This document shows, one piece after another, positions 1 through 9,151 of a stretch of 64,000 nt of DNA; position 1 is the first letter of the stretch, and every line of letters starts with the position of its first letter. The notes beneath the pieces are model-generated. The model had not been told where the DNA came from. It searched no databases and saw nothing but the letters and a program-made list of their open reading frames with translations. The stretch lies in the IMG/VR virus record IMGVR_UViG_3300013132_000046, positions 4,575 through 68,574 of that record. One strand, written 5' to 3'. Position numbers and translations under genes: made by a program. Origin of the DNA: a virus.

Positions 1-907
1 TACAAATACCACGCTCACCTGACCGTGAATTGTAAAGAGAAGCCCATTCATTCATAAATGTACCAAGACTTGGCTTGCTAGTAAATACAGCAGAGTTATT
101 AGCTAATGATCTATGACCATTAGTTTCCCACCAGGGGCCACTTTTGGCATGGGCCATATCATAATCATTTAGATCTGATAGGCTAATCAGGGCTGAGCGT
201 CTTACGCCACCACTGATAATGCTATCTGCAATCTGACATACAAGATCGTGAACTTCAATTGGTTTTAGTTTACGACCACTGGCACCGTAGAAGATGTTAG
301 ATGTAAACTTAATAAGACGGACAAATGGTTCTGGACCACTGGCTCTGCCACCAAAAGTCTTAAGTCTTGTACCAGCTGCTCTTATTTTACTTACGTCAAC
401 TGTAAAATGCTTACCATTGAACAGTTCCATAATAAAACACTTATAGGCATTAGCCCAACCCTCTCTTGAGTCCTCAACTACAATAGAGTCTGATAACTTT
501 GTAATTGTTTCTGGGATCTGGGGTAGGTTATTAATCTCTTCAGACTCAACTGAAAAGCCAACTACAGTGCCACAGGCTAGGGTGTACAGGATATTTGAGA
601 ATGATTCTACTGAATTAACAGCAACATAGCAGCAGTTATAGGCTGCAACATCATCTTTATCAAGAGCTGGGCCAGCCGTCATAAGAGCGCGCATAGAACC
701 GAATATTTCACGATTCTTCATTGCTTCTCTGGCCTTATTAAACTCTTCGTATTGTAGTTTAGGTAGCTTGGTGTTTAGATTTAGGCGGCTATCTAGGTAG
801 TTAAAGTATCTATCTACAGCCTCGTCCCAGGTTTCTCTGCGGTTTAGGTCATCTACCCAACGACAATACTTATCAATTGCTACTAATTCTTCAAAAATCT
901 TACTCAT
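1..907 (-). CDS. nrdJ: Class II (adenosylcobalamin-dependent) ribonucleotide reductase, 5' part; runs off the left edge
   Basis: Not in the ORF track. Manual translation from ATG at 907 gives MSKIFEELVAIDKYCRW..RRETWDEAVDRY, SMRALMTAGPAL..AAYNCCY, VEDSREGWA, GGRASGPEP, VGGVRRSALISLSD, RSLANNSAV and SGERGI, all typical of phage NrdJ. Confidence 0.9.
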   Translation of the reverse strand, partial: MSKIFEELVAIDKYCRWVDDLNRRETWDEAVDRYFNYLDSRLNLNTKLPKLQYEEFNKAREAMKNREIFGSMRALMTAGPALDKDDVAAYNCCYVAVNSVESFSNILYTLACGTVVGFSVESEEINNLPQIPETITKLSDSIVVEDSREGWANAYKCFIMELFNGKHFTVDVSKIRAAGTRLKTFGGRASGPEPFVRLIKFTSNIFYGASGRKLKPIEVHDLVCQIADSIISGGVRRSALISLSDLNDYDMAHAKSGPWWETNGHRSLANNSAVFTSKPSLGTFMNEWASLYNSRSGERGIC

Positions 908-908
908 A

Positions 909-1694
909 TTACTCCTTATTTAAATCCAAAATGTTTCTATCTCCAAGGTTATTTGGACACCAAAGGGTGATTTCCCTGGTTTCTTTGTTAAAATCACCAT
1001 TTCTTAGGATTCTAACACACCTAGCTTGAGCAAGAGCAAAGTCACTAGGTGCCATATCAGGCACCTTATCTTCTGGTCTTTTTGCCCAGTCTTCTGCTAG
1101 GTACATATCCATGATAACCTTATCCCATTCTTCTCTGGGATACTTGTCCAAAATCTTATTAGCTTTTACAGCCCCAACCTTCCATAGACCCCAGATGTTA
1201 TCTGTAGAATCTCCGGTTAGCCATTGCTGGTAAAAGTATCTATCTGCGGCATCTTGTTCAACACAAACAGGTTCTTCTTCCTTATCAGGATTCCAGTGCC
1301 AACCAGGAATCTGTCGTAGATCCTTGTCTACTGTTACCCCAATAGCTTGACCAGAAGAAACCAGCATACCAATTAAGTCATCTGCTTCTAATCTATCTAC
1401 ACACCGTGATGTAATACCGGTATCATAAATACACTCTAGAGCATAGCTCATTGAGTCGGGTGCTTTGAAATCATCTCTGTGTTCCTTGTAGGGCTTCCAG
1501 AAGACTCTACGATAGTTCTTGTTTCTCGGGCATGACATAGCAATATAAACTTTGTCCACACCCTTGGGAGTCCAATCGTTAATGTCTTTATTGATCCTTT
1601 CCGGCAATGCATCAATACCTTCTTGGTCGGCCCAAAACGCCGCACGATAAGCGATAATATCTCCATCTAAAATAGCCTCTGTTGGTTTATTCAT
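909..1694 (-). CDS. 5'-3' exonuclease (T7 gp6-like)
   Basis: Motifs LDGDIIAY, NYR....YK..R, LEADDLIG, DKDLRQIPG, GDSTDNI.G..VG.VKA; lies in the replication block. Confidence 0.9.
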   Translation of the reverse strand: MNKPTEAILDGDIIAYRAAFWADQEGIDALPERINKDINDWTPKGVDKVYIAMSCPRNKNYRRVFWKPYKEHRDDFKAPDSMSYALECIYDTGITSRCVDRLEADDLIGMLVSSGQAIGVTVDKDLRQIPGWHWNPDKEEEPVCVEQDAADRYFYQQWLTGDSTDNIWGLWKVGAVKANKILDKYPREEWDKVIMDMYLAEDWAKRPEDKVPDMAPSDFALAQARCVRILRNGDFNKETREITLWCPNNLGDRNILDLNKE

Positions 1695-2340
1695 TTTCGT
1701 CTTCTTTTGTCCAAGGTAGTTCTTCGATTTCTAATTTACCAGTATCAAGAATTTCATCAATAGATTCATTTATGTCTTCCTTTAGTTCCATAAGAGTTTC
1801 ATTATTGACAATAATAAGGTCAAATAATTCTTCATACTCACTGTTAGGAAGACCAAAGCTATCTTCTACATCATTGGCTAGCTTTTCACTTTCGTGGTTA
1901 CGCCACTCAGCATTTTCTTCGTTAAGTGTACGACCACCAGAATCAATAAATATCTGTGTGGCTGCTAGTTCCCTGCCAAGTGCTATTTCATTCATGTACC
2001 TAACATCATCCTGAATGATAACATATTCCCAGTACTTTTTATTCTCGGATTTGTTATCTACTTCTTTAAGCATATAATTTTGAATGGTTTCAAAAGTCTT
2101 TTCAATCCAGTATTCTGGATTTTCTTTACGTTTTGAAGCACCAAGTTCTTGGCAAAACTTACGATACTCGTCTGGTTTTGTTTCCTTTGAGTATCCAAGA
2201 TCTTCTGCTGCTTTCTTTAGTGAGTCAGCAAATGGTATAATAACTGGAATATAACCCCTATGGTAAGCTAGGGCTTCTATAATCCTAGCTACCGATGTCT
2301 TTCCAACTCGGCCCTTGCCGCTGATCTGAATAATTCTCAT
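1687..2340 (-). CDS. Deoxynucleoside monophosphate kinase
   Basis: P-loop ISGKGRVGKT, FADSLK, YWI, DDVRYMNE, HESE: phage dNMP kinase pattern. Confidence 0.8.
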   Translation of the reverse strand: MRIIQISGKGRVGKTSVARIIEALAYHRGYIPVIIPFADSLKKAAEDLGYSKETKPDEYRKFCQELGASKRKENPEYWIEKTFETIQNYMLKEVDNKSENKKYWEYVIIQDDVRYMNEIALGRELAATQIFIDSGGRTLNEENAEWRNHESEKLANDVEDSFGLPNSEYEELFDLIIVNNETLMELKEDINESIDEILDTGKLEIEELPWTKEDENE

Positions 2341-2476
2341 TATGTATTTCCTTCCAGTTACGAATAATATAACCTAAACCAATATTACCTTTTTGGTAAT
2401 CAACAACAATTGGGTGTTCTGGGTTACTAGCTATAAACTCGTTTACTTGTCTCATAAAAGTAACAGAGTCATTCAT
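2285..2476 (-). CDS. Hypothetical protein
   Basis: Co-oriented ORF; ATGA overlap with the upstream gene. Confidence 0.55.
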   Translation of the reverse strand: MNDSVTFMRQVNEFIASNPEHPIVVDYQKGNIGLGYIIRNWKEIHNENYSDQRQGPSWKDIGS

Positions 2477-2694
2477 CTTTTTGCTCTATTGTAAGACTTG
2501 GAAACAACTCTTAGATTCTTAGATGTGTTGTTTCTTGGGTTACCATCCCTATGATCAATGTCTTTACCATCACCTTTGCGAACAGTTCCCTTACGGAGTC
2601 CTGCTCGTCGTGCTTTATTACGATGTGCACGATCTTTCTTTGATTTAGTAGATGATTGGAATTTCTTGTACTCGTCTTTGTAATCTCTTGACAT
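2473..2694 (-). CDS. Small HNH-motif protein
   Basis: RDYKDEY...GDGKDIDHRDGNPRNN..KNLRVVSKSYNR; DH-x-N-x-N pattern. Confidence 0.75.
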   Translation of the reverse strand: MSRDYKDEYKKFQSSTKSKKDRAHRNKARRAGLRKGTVRKGDGKDIDHRDGNPRNNTSKNLRVVSKSYNRAKR

Positions 2695-2701
2695 GTTACC
2701 T

Positions 2702-2929
2702 CTATTCTAGAAACCAAACTTTACCCTGACTCTTTAGTAGTTCTGCTACTCTGAATCTAAGTATTTTGTTTTCTTCACTTAGTTTGTCGATTTCATTTTT
2801 AATAATAGTTGGGATGACAACATCCACAACACTCCACTGGTGCTTTACTAGACTTGCATGTAAAGTATTGTAAAGCTCTTGTTCATTAGCGTTATCAGAA
2901 ACTTTAACTTCTAGATATACAGTTTTCAT
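2702..2929 (-). CDS. Hypothetical protein
   Basis: TAATG coupling to the DNA polymerase stop codon. Confidence 0.6.
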   Translation of the reverse strand: MKTVYLEVKVSDNANEQELYNTLHASLVKHQWSVVDVVIPTIIKNEIDKLSEENKILRFRVAELLKSQGKVWFLE

Positions 2930-4650
2930 TAGTGTGTCTCCGACCAGTTGTTACCGATCTTGTATTCAGCTTCAATTAGACAATTACACTTCATTAGATC
3001 ACCAGCAGTGGTTGCTGATTCACAAATTATATTACCAATCTTGTGAGCATACTCTGGATCACACTCTAGCTGAAGCTCGTCATGGACTGAGGCTACCCAA
3101 GCAAACTTGGATGGACCTACTTCTAGTTGCAATCTATGATTAGCAACACAAGCCCAAGCCTTGGCAATGTGGGCACCCGATGACTGGAGTAGTGTATTGA
3201 GAGCAGCATGTTCCTTACGGACAGGAATGGGTCGCCATCCAAATGGCTTGACAACACCATCACTGAGGGTAGAGAAACGACACTGATCAATCAGCTTCTT
3301 AAGTCCAGGAATATTTGACAACAACTTATTCTTTACTTGCTTTGCCTTGTAGGTAGAGCAACCAATAGTCTTGCCAAACTTCTCATCACCACCACCATAC
3401 AAGAAGCAATAGATTGCAGTCTTGGCTGTAGATCTAGACTCTAGCTCCATAGCCTTTTGGTTGTGTGTATGGACATCACCTTCGCATACTTCCTTGGCAT
3501 ATGTGCCTCCGTCGTATGGGTGTAGATAGTGTGCCAGCATCCGTAGCTCAAGACCCTTAAGGTCAGAGCCAACTAGTACCCACCCATCCCGTGGCTTGAA
3601 TAGAGCACGGGCACGGGGATCTGAGTGAACCTGTTGCATGTTGGGTTCTTTAGCAGACATTCTACCAGTAACAGTACCAAGGATATTTACATAGCCGTGA
3701 ATACGATTGTCTCGGCTTGTCTTGGCTCGGCTAACCCAATCAGATACTTGACCCATCAACTTGATAAGGTCGAAGTATTTGCACAGTGTCTTTGCTTCTG
3801 GATATTCTAGTTGAGATAGAACATCGTGGTCAACCTTTGGGTTACCCTTGTCAGTTTCTGGTGGTTCCCAACCATACTTTTCTTTTAGTCTTTCAGCAAT
3901 CTGCTGACGAGAGCCGGGATTAAACACCTCAATTTTATCCTTAAGTTGCTTACCAGTTTTCTTAGAGACTCGCTTGATAATCTTGTCTGGAAAGATGCGT
4001 TGCATTTCATCTTCAATCTGTGACTTTTCAATCAACAGTTCCATCTCAAGATTCTCTGCCTTGTCTAGATCAAAACTAAAACCATTTTCTACCTGACCAG
4101 AGATCATGTCAGCAACAACATGCTCCATCTTGATTGCTCTTGAGTAGGTTTCCCAATACTTAGAGCTAGTCAAGTGGTTGTAAAGCTTAGCAGTTACAAC
4201 AGAGTCTTGCAAGCAATAGTCACCCATCTCCTTAGAGTATGCATCCCAACCACCTTGGTAGTCAGACTTACATTCCTTTAGGTATTCACCCCAGGATCTA
4301 AGTGAGTTGCTTTGGTCAGCTGTTGGTGGTGTTTCTGGATACATCATTCTGGCTAGAATAAGAGTATCAATTACACCAGTAAATGGTTCCTTGTTTAGTG
4401 GACCATACAATCTTTCAATCAATGGGATATCAAACCCATAAATATTATGACCAACAATTGTATCTGCTTGTTTTAGTAGTTCAATACCAACTTCAAGGTT
4501 GTCTTGTTCAAACAGGAATGAATCTCCTGATAGAATATCAACAATTGATAGGCACCAGATTTTGCTGCCTTCCTTGATATAAGTTTTCTTCTTACCAGCA
4601 ATTACTTCATTGAGTCCATCTGCTTCGACGTCAAATGCTAATATTTTCAT
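2929..4650 (-). CDS. DNA polymerase, family A (T7 gp5-like), with 3'-5' exonuclease
   Basis: Exo motifs AFDVEAD, GHNIYGFD, YCLQD; TGRMS..PNMQQV; motif A SDLKGLELR; motif B RSTAKTAIYCFLYG; motif C VHDELQ. Confidence 0.95.
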   Translation of the reverse strand: MKILAFDVEADGLNEVIAGKKKTYIKEGSKIWCLSIVDILSGDSFLFEQDNLEVGIELLKQADTIVGHNIYGFDIPLIERLYGPLNKEPFTGVIDTLILARMMYPETPPTADQSNSLRSWGEYLKECKSDYQGGWDAYSKEMGDYCLQDSVVTAKLYNHLTSSKYWETYSRAIKMEHVVADMISGQVENGFSFDLDKAENLEMELLIEKSQIEDEMQRIFPDKIIKRVSKKTGKQLKDKIEVFNPGSRQQIAERLKEKYGWEPPETDKGNPKVDHDVLSQLEYPEAKTLCKYFDLIKLMGQVSDWVSRAKTSRDNRIHGYVNILGTVTGRMSAKEPNMQQVHSDPRARALFKPRDGWVLVGSDLKGLELRMLAHYLHPYDGGTYAKEVCEGDVHTHNQKAMELESRSTAKTAIYCFLYGGGDEKFGKTIGCSTYKAKQVKNKLLSNIPGLKKLIDQCRFSTLSDGVVKPFGWRPIPVRKEHAALNTLLQSSGAHIAKAWACVANHRLQLEVGPSKFAWVASVHDELQLECDPEYAHKIGNIICESATTAGDLMKCNCLIEAEYKIGNNWSETH

Positions 4651-6352
4651 GGCGATAAATTACTTCTCCTTCCGGTGTTACAATGAACGGTACATCCATA
4701 AGCTTGGCTGTTTGGTCGTTGTAATACAAAGCGGTAGAGATACCACGACGGCCACCCTTACGGTTCTTTAGTACACGAATGTTAGTTGTATTAGAGATAA
4801 GGGGATCAGGATGCTGAGCATTACGCTCTAGTGCAAATACATTGTCAGAGATCTGGGCAAGAGAACCAGAGCCACGAAGGTCATTGAGATTGATACGATC
4901 ACCCTCGTCTACATTCTTATCTGTCTTCTTGATATGAGCAATGACATGGATAGTAACACCAGTACGCTCAACCAGTTCTCGTAGCTTCTTCATTACTGAA
5001 TCTAGAACAAGTCTTTCGTCATTGCCGTAATCAGTCCCAGCAGATAGGAGCATATTGCCCAGAAGGGTAATATGATCAAGGATAATAATACGACAATCAA
5101 GACCAACAGCCATGTACTCAAGGCGATTAATGATGTTAGTAATATTAGAATTACCAATATGGTCATAGAGATAAAGAGATTTCCCAGAGATTTCAGTCTT
5201 AGCAATTTTGTATTCTTCATCTGTTAAGTTGTCCTCTACCATATCAACGGTAGCCTTGTTGTTCTTCTTTCTTAGTTCATTAAGCTGACGCTGAGACATG
5301 ATCTTGCGTACAGGCTTACCAATCTTAGATGAGATTAGATCATCTACAGTTTGCTCTGGAGATTCTTCAAGGAACACAGCACCAACATTTCTGTTGTGGT
5401 TTAGGTGATCCATAATAAGCTCACGAATAATTGTTGACTTACCATGGCCAGTTGCTGATGTCCATAGGTTTAGTCTACCAGAGTCTTGGCCAATCATAAA
5501 TGTAGTTAGAGAATCCCAAGGATATTCATAGACATCATTGTTACGCTTGGTTGATTCAGATACTACCTGACTAACATGAAGGATTGAGTCTGGTGAATAC
5601 GCTTGTGCATTCCAGTATGCTTGTAGCAACTGAGCAGTTTCAGCATTAACCATCATCTCATTTGGATCCTTACGAGGCAAGGCCATGATCTTTACCTTAC
5701 CGGGTGGAAGGATCTCTGCAACCTCACGCGCAGCTTTCTGGCCAGGTTCATCCATATCAAAGCAGAGTACAATTGTTTCAAATGAAACAATAAACTCATA
5801 GTTATCTTTGACAGCCTTGACCGCAGAGTTAACACCATTAGGTACTGAGACTACAGGATACTTGTTATCAAACACCTGTGCCATAGTTAAGCAATCAATT
5901 GCACCTTCTGTAATGGTAATACGTTTGCCACCAGTAGAGAATAGATGCTGACCATAGAATGTTAGATTGCTGGTGTCACCAAGCCAAGCAAACTTCTTGC
6001 CATCATACCGGATGTGCTGAGCCTGCACCTGACCTTGTGCATTGTAGAATGTTTCAATCTCGCTGCCGTTGATACCAGTCAGATAGCCATACTGCTTTGT
6101 AGTTTTCTCTGAGATACGCCGATGCGGTAGGGGCACAGCTTCTCCTGATCGGAATGTTTCATTACTATAAACCGGTGTCTCAATAACTTCTGTTGTCATA
6201 CTTGTCTTTGTTCCTTTAACATAAAACTTACAGGCATAGCAATAGCTATGGCCATCATCATATACTGCTAGGTTGTTACCAGATGTGTCTCCGCCTTTTG
6301 CTGCACATGCTGGGCAACGCTTACGATTAACTACCTTAGATTCTGTATCCAT
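4631..6352 (-). CDS. DNA primase-helicase (T7 gp4-like)
   Basis: Zn finger CPAC..CYAC, TOPRIM ITEGAIDCL and FDMD, Walker A ATGHGKST, ILDHI, DLRGSGSLAQISD, VLKNR. Start moved from 6364 to 6352 (GGAGG 5 nt upstream). Confidence 0.95.
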   Translation of the reverse strand: MDTESKVVNRKRCPACAAKGGDTSGNNLAVYDDGHSYCYACKFYVKGTKTSMTTEVIETPVYSNETFRSGEAVPLPHRRISEKTTKQYGYLTGINGSEIETFYNAQGQVQAQHIRYDGKKFAWLGDTSNLTFYGQHLFSTGGKRITITEGAIDCLTMAQVFDNKYPVVSVPNGVNSAVKAVKDNYEFIVSFETIVLCFDMDEPGQKAAREVAEILPPGKVKIMALPRKDPNEMMVNAETAQLLQAYWNAQAYSPDSILHVSQVVSESTKRNNDVYEYPWDSLTTFMIGQDSGRLNLWTSATGHGKSTIIRELIMDHLNHNRNVGAVFLEESPEQTVDDLISSKIGKPVRKIMSQRQLNELRKKNNKATVDMVEDNLTDEEYKIAKTEISGKSLYLYDHIGNSNITNIINRLEYMAVGLDCRIIILDHITLLGNMLLSAGTDYGNDERLVLDSVMKKLRELVERTGVTIHVIAHIKKTDKNVDEGDRINLNDLRGSGSLAQISDNVFALERNAQHPDPLISNTTNIRVLKNRKGGRRGISTALYYNDQTAKLMDVPFIVTPEGEVIYRHENISI

Positions 6353-6377
6353 AAAGACCTCCATAAATATCTATAAA

Positions 6378-6450
6378 TGCCCCCAGTAGGGATCGAACCT
6401 ACGACCTATTGATTAAAAGTCAACTGCTCTACCATCTGAGCTATAAGGGC
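6378..6450 (-). tRNA. tRNA-Lys(UUU)
   Basis: GCCCTTA acceptor, D arm AGCTCAGATGGTAGAGC, anticodon arm GTTGA-CT-TTT-AA-TCAAT, T loop GTTCGATCC; no encoded CCA. Confidence 0.92.
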
Positions 6451-6453
6451 GTA

Positions 6454-6537
6454 TGACTCCGGGGGGAATTGAACCCCCACGCCGTTTAGGGCGGCAGATT
6501 TTAAGTCTGCTGCGTCTGCCTGTTCCGCCACGAAGCC
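6454..6537 (-). tRNA. tRNA-Leu(UAA)
   Basis: Cloverleaf with anticodon arm GCAGA-CT-TAA-AA-TCTGC, long variable arm, T loop GTTCAATTC. Confidence 0.92.
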
Positions 6538-6544
6538 ATGTATA

Positions 6545-6658
6545 TTATTTCTTTAAACGCTTTATCTGTTTGTATGTAACATAAATATAACTAATAACAG
6601 CAACATTTGCTAAAAGCAAAATAACTACAGAAGTTTGAAGAAAAGTTACTTCATCCAT
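6545..6658 (-). CDS. Small membrane peptide (37 aa)
   Basis: MDEVTFLQTSVVILLLANVAVISYIYV..; TAATG coupling; one hydrophobic segment. Confidence 0.45.
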   Translation of the reverse strand: MDEVTFLQTSVVILLLANVAVISYIYVTYKQIKRLKK

Positions 6659-6984
6659 TAGTGTTCTCCTTCCTTGAAGCATTGCCAGCCCTTGCTCTGT
6701 GCGATATTGATAGCCCTCTGCTCCTCTCCGTTACCTGTTGCGTAGCAATAACTACGCCTCGCCTCGTCGCGCTCTTTGCTAAGGCGTTCGTTCTCTAAGC
6801 GCAGTATGTCGTAGGCATTTTCTTCTACAACCAGTTTCCTACGCAACCGTTCGATCTCGTCGGCGGCTTCTCGGTTCATCAGTTCCACGCTACGATCATT
6901 GTGAAACACCGCGCGTAGTCGGGCTACAATATCATCTCGCATTTGCTGTTGCCACGCTTCAATACTTGCTGGATCATCAGACAT
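6658..6984 (-). CDS. Hypothetical coiled-coil phage protein
   Basis: DDIVARLR..EAADEIERLR pattern common in phage hypotheticals; SD GAAAGGA upstream. Confidence 0.7.
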   Translation of the reverse strand: MSDDPASIEAWQQQMRDDIVARLRAVFHNDRSVELMNREAADEIERLRRKLVVEENAYDILRLENERLSKERDEARRSYCYATGNGEEQRAINIAQSKGWQCFKEGEH

Positions 6985-7006
6985 AATTAATTCCTTTCTA
7001 GTTGAG

Positions 7007-7080
7007 CATCCCCAGCTGGACTTGAACCAGCAACCTACAGCTTAGAAGGCTGTTGCTCTATCCAGTTGAGCTATGGAGAT
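7007..7080 (-). tRNA. tRNA-Arg(UCU)
   Basis: ATCTCCA/TGGGGAT acceptor, anticodon arm ACAGC-CT-TCT-AA-GCTGT, T loop GTTCAAGTC. Confidence 0.92.
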
Positions 7081-7083
7081 GTA

Positions 7084-7156
7084 TGAGAACAGGTGGGACT
7101 TGAACCCACACTCTTGGGCATTGTTCAGCTTGCCTCTACATTGGGCTACTGTTCTC
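7084..7156 (-). tRNA. tRNA-like element with unpaired anticodon arm (pseudo-tRNA or tRNA mimic)
   Basis: Perfect GAGAACAG/CTGTTCTC acceptor, GTGGG-TTCAAGT-CCCAC T arm and GCC/GGC D arm, but the anticodon region AGCTGAACAATGCCCAA does not pair. Confidence 0.65.
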
Positions 7157-7197
7157 GGGGTTTAATATTTTATATGATGGAAACGATTTTCTTTTGT

Positions 7198-7659
7198 TCA
7201 GTTTTCATTGTACTTCCACTTGATCTTCTTGTTCTTGATGCTATCAACTCCATTGGAGAACTTCCGCATCGCAGGCAATGAATCCAAAGTAAACTCAAGG
7301 CTTACATAGTTGTCACGCTGCATTCCCTGCTCGGTGTAATCGATCTTGTTCACCACCCAAGCTAAGGATGGGAACTGCTTTGCAAACTGCTTTCTAAAAT
7401 CCTTGATCCACAGGCTGTCCGTATAGATCAGGCCGTGCTTGTCCGTGTTCCACGACTTCTTGGGGAAGTACACTTTCATATGAACAGGCAGAAAGACAGT
7501 ACACCGATACAGACACGCATCGATTTCTCCAACTTCCATTTCAATCTTGGATGTGGCAACAGTGCGGTTGGTGCTGCTCCAGTACCCATCCCCCTTGGTC
7601 TGACAGAGCATGGGGGTCTTGGAAGGCATGGTGATTGTGCAGTTATCATCTAATGGCAT
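7198..7659 (-). CDS. Hypothetical protein
   Basis: GDGYWS..GLIYTD..W...F...YTEQGMQ pattern seen in phage hypotheticals; AGGAG SD. Confidence 0.75.
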   Translation of the reverse strand: MPLDDNCTITMPSKTPMLCQTKGDGYWSSTNRTVATSKIEMEVGEIDACLYRCTVFLPVHMKVYFPKKSWNTDKHGLIYTDSLWIKDFRKQFAKQFPSLAWVVNKIDYTEQGMQRDNYVSLEFTLDSLPAMRKFSNGVDSIKNKKIKWKYNEN

Positions 7660-7677
7660 TTTGATTCTCCTTTTGGT

Positions 7678-7923
7678 TTAGTATTGTGTACGATTAGCCG
7701 TAGGGTACTCGGCTACAATATAGAACACCCCAAAGATAAGGTGATCTACTAGTCCAACCAAACCTTGCATTTCCTTACGATCCTCAGGCATGAGTAATTC
7801 AGAAGACAAAGAAATAAGAGTTTTTCTTTGCTTCTTTAGAAGCTCAATATCTACTGGAACATGGATAATACATCGGTCTGGATCTTGTGGATCAATACCG
7901 ATATTGGTAGGTGGATTTTTCAT
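7678..7923 (-). CDS. Hypothetical protein
   Basis: Co-oriented ORF with ATGA overlap. Confidence 0.6.
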   Translation of the reverse strand: MKNPPTNIGIDPQDPDRCIIHVPVDIELLKKQRKTLISLSSELLMPEDRKEMQGLVGLVDHLIFGVFYIVAEYPTANRTQY

Positions 7924-8141
7924 GGTTTAATTATATTACTTAAAATAATTCTTACTACGGGATTGAAATCAGAGGCATCGCCTCCGCTTTTACAGATATC
8001 ATAATACTCTTTGTTTTTTACAACTAGAAGTTCACAACTATGAACATCTGTGTAAGTCTGGCCATCGTTAAGTACAACGATTGTTACATAGCCATCCTTG
8101 TCATAAGCATTAGGATCAACATCATCTTCTAGATCAGCCAT
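7920..8141 (-). CDS. Hypothetical protein
   Basis: Likely start MADLEDD at 8141 (track start 8213 overlaps the upstream gene). Confidence 0.55.
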   Translation of the reverse strand: MADLEDDVDPNAYDKDGYVTIVVLNDGQTYTDVHSCELLVVKNKEYYDICKSGGDASDFNPVVRIILSNIIKP

Positions 8142-8652
8142 TACTACCCATCCATCCTGCAAATCGCATACCAGGCTCCTTATAAAACCAATCAAAGTCC
8201 AACTTGTATTCACTGGTTAGAGTCTTGTACAGTTCTTCTGGTGGACTCCAAGCAGTGTCAAATGAAACATAGATATCAGTATACTCATCATCTAGTGTAC
8301 ACTTTAGGAATTCATCAGATGTACAAGACCAATTGGCATCATCACCAACATCCCATTTGGTCCCCCAGTTATTGATGTTCCAATCATACCAGTGTGCAGC
8401 ACCATACTTTGACTTTAGATCCTTTACTTCTTGTTCAGTTAGAATCTGTGTTTCACCTTCTCCAATTTTACGTTCATATCTTTCGCCGCCATCTACATAG
8501 CAATGATTAATATTCTTTAGCTCTTCAGGCATAGGCTTGAGCCGCTGAAAGCTAAACTGATGGCCATCAAAGTAGCCACAGTTAGTTAGGAAACGCTTTA
8601 GTTCTTCTAAAGTTCCGCTAATAGTAATTTCGTTCGAGCACCAATTAGGCAT
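8134..8652 (-). CDS. DUF1281/YubB-like ferredoxin-fold phage protein
   Basis: MPNWCSN..., WYDWNINNWGTKWD, FDTAWSPP, EPGMRFAG. True start 8652; the track's N-terminal extension lies over a tRNA. Confidence 0.8.
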   Translation of the reverse strand: MPNWCSNEITISGTLEELKRFLTNCGYFDGHQFSFQRLKPMPEELKNINHCYVDGGERYERKIGEGETQILTEQEVKDLKSKYGAAHWYDWNINNWGTKWDVGDDANWSCTSDEFLKCTLDDEYTDIYVSFDTAWSPPEELYKTLTSEYKLDFDWFYKEPGMRFAGWMGSNG

Positions 8653-8672
8653 AATAAGATTCCTTTTGAGAT

Positions 8673-8700
8673 AAAAACAGGCCAAGTTAACACCTGGCCT
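8673..8700 (-). terminator. Rho-independent terminator after tRNA-Ile
   Basis: Minus strand AGGCCAGG-TGTTAA-CTTGGCCT-GTTTTT. Confidence 0.6.
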
Positions 8701-8702
8701 AA

Positions 8703-8776
8703 TAGAAGGGGCGGGAGTTGCACCCACATATTCACGCTTATAAGGCATGCGCTCTAACTATTTCAGCCACCCTTCT
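8703..8776 (-). tRNA. tRNA-Ile(UAU)
   Basis: AGAAGGG/CCCTTCT-A acceptor, anticodon arm CATGC-CT-TAT-AA-GCGTG, T arm GTGGG-TGCAACT-CCCGC (variant T loop). Confidence 0.8.
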
Positions 8777-8801
8777 GTGGTAGGGGATTGCTCCCCCACG
8801 G

Positions 8802-9053
8802 TTAACGCTTGCGATTATTCTTTAGTCTAGAAAGCTCAACACAAGCATCATCAATTAAACGAGTATGATTATCAACACTTTGCTGCAATTCAAATTGCTT
8901 GGTAAACAAAGCATCAAAATCATTATTTGATATGTCTCTATCTACTTGTAGTTCGTTGTTAATCTGCCGGATACGCTTGGTAACCTGGTATAGATAAACA
9001 GTAGTACAAACAGCAAATAAAAATATAACAATAAAACAAATTTCAGTAATCAT
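8802..9053 (-). CDS. Hypothetical membrane-anchored coiled-coil protein
   Basis: N-terminal hydrophobic helix followed by a coiled coil. Confidence 0.6.
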   Translation of the reverse strand: MITEICFIVIFLFAVCTTVYLYQVTKRIRQINNELQVDRDISNNDFDALFTKQFELQQSVDNHTRLIDDACVELSRLKNNRKR

Positions 9054-9151
9054 TTGTAAATCCTAACCCTATTGTAAAACATTGTTTGTCTTACAATTTT
9101 ATGTTGTTTTTGTTTGACTTTTAATAGTCTTTTTATAAAGTTTAACATGGC

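Noticed and set aside
7093-7281. Plus-strand 62-aa ORF
   Set aside because: Antisense to the tRNA-like element and the 7198-7659 gene.
8653-8748. N-terminal extension of ORF 8134-8748
   Set aside because: Overlaps tRNA-Ile and a terminator; the family-typical start MPNWC is at 8652.
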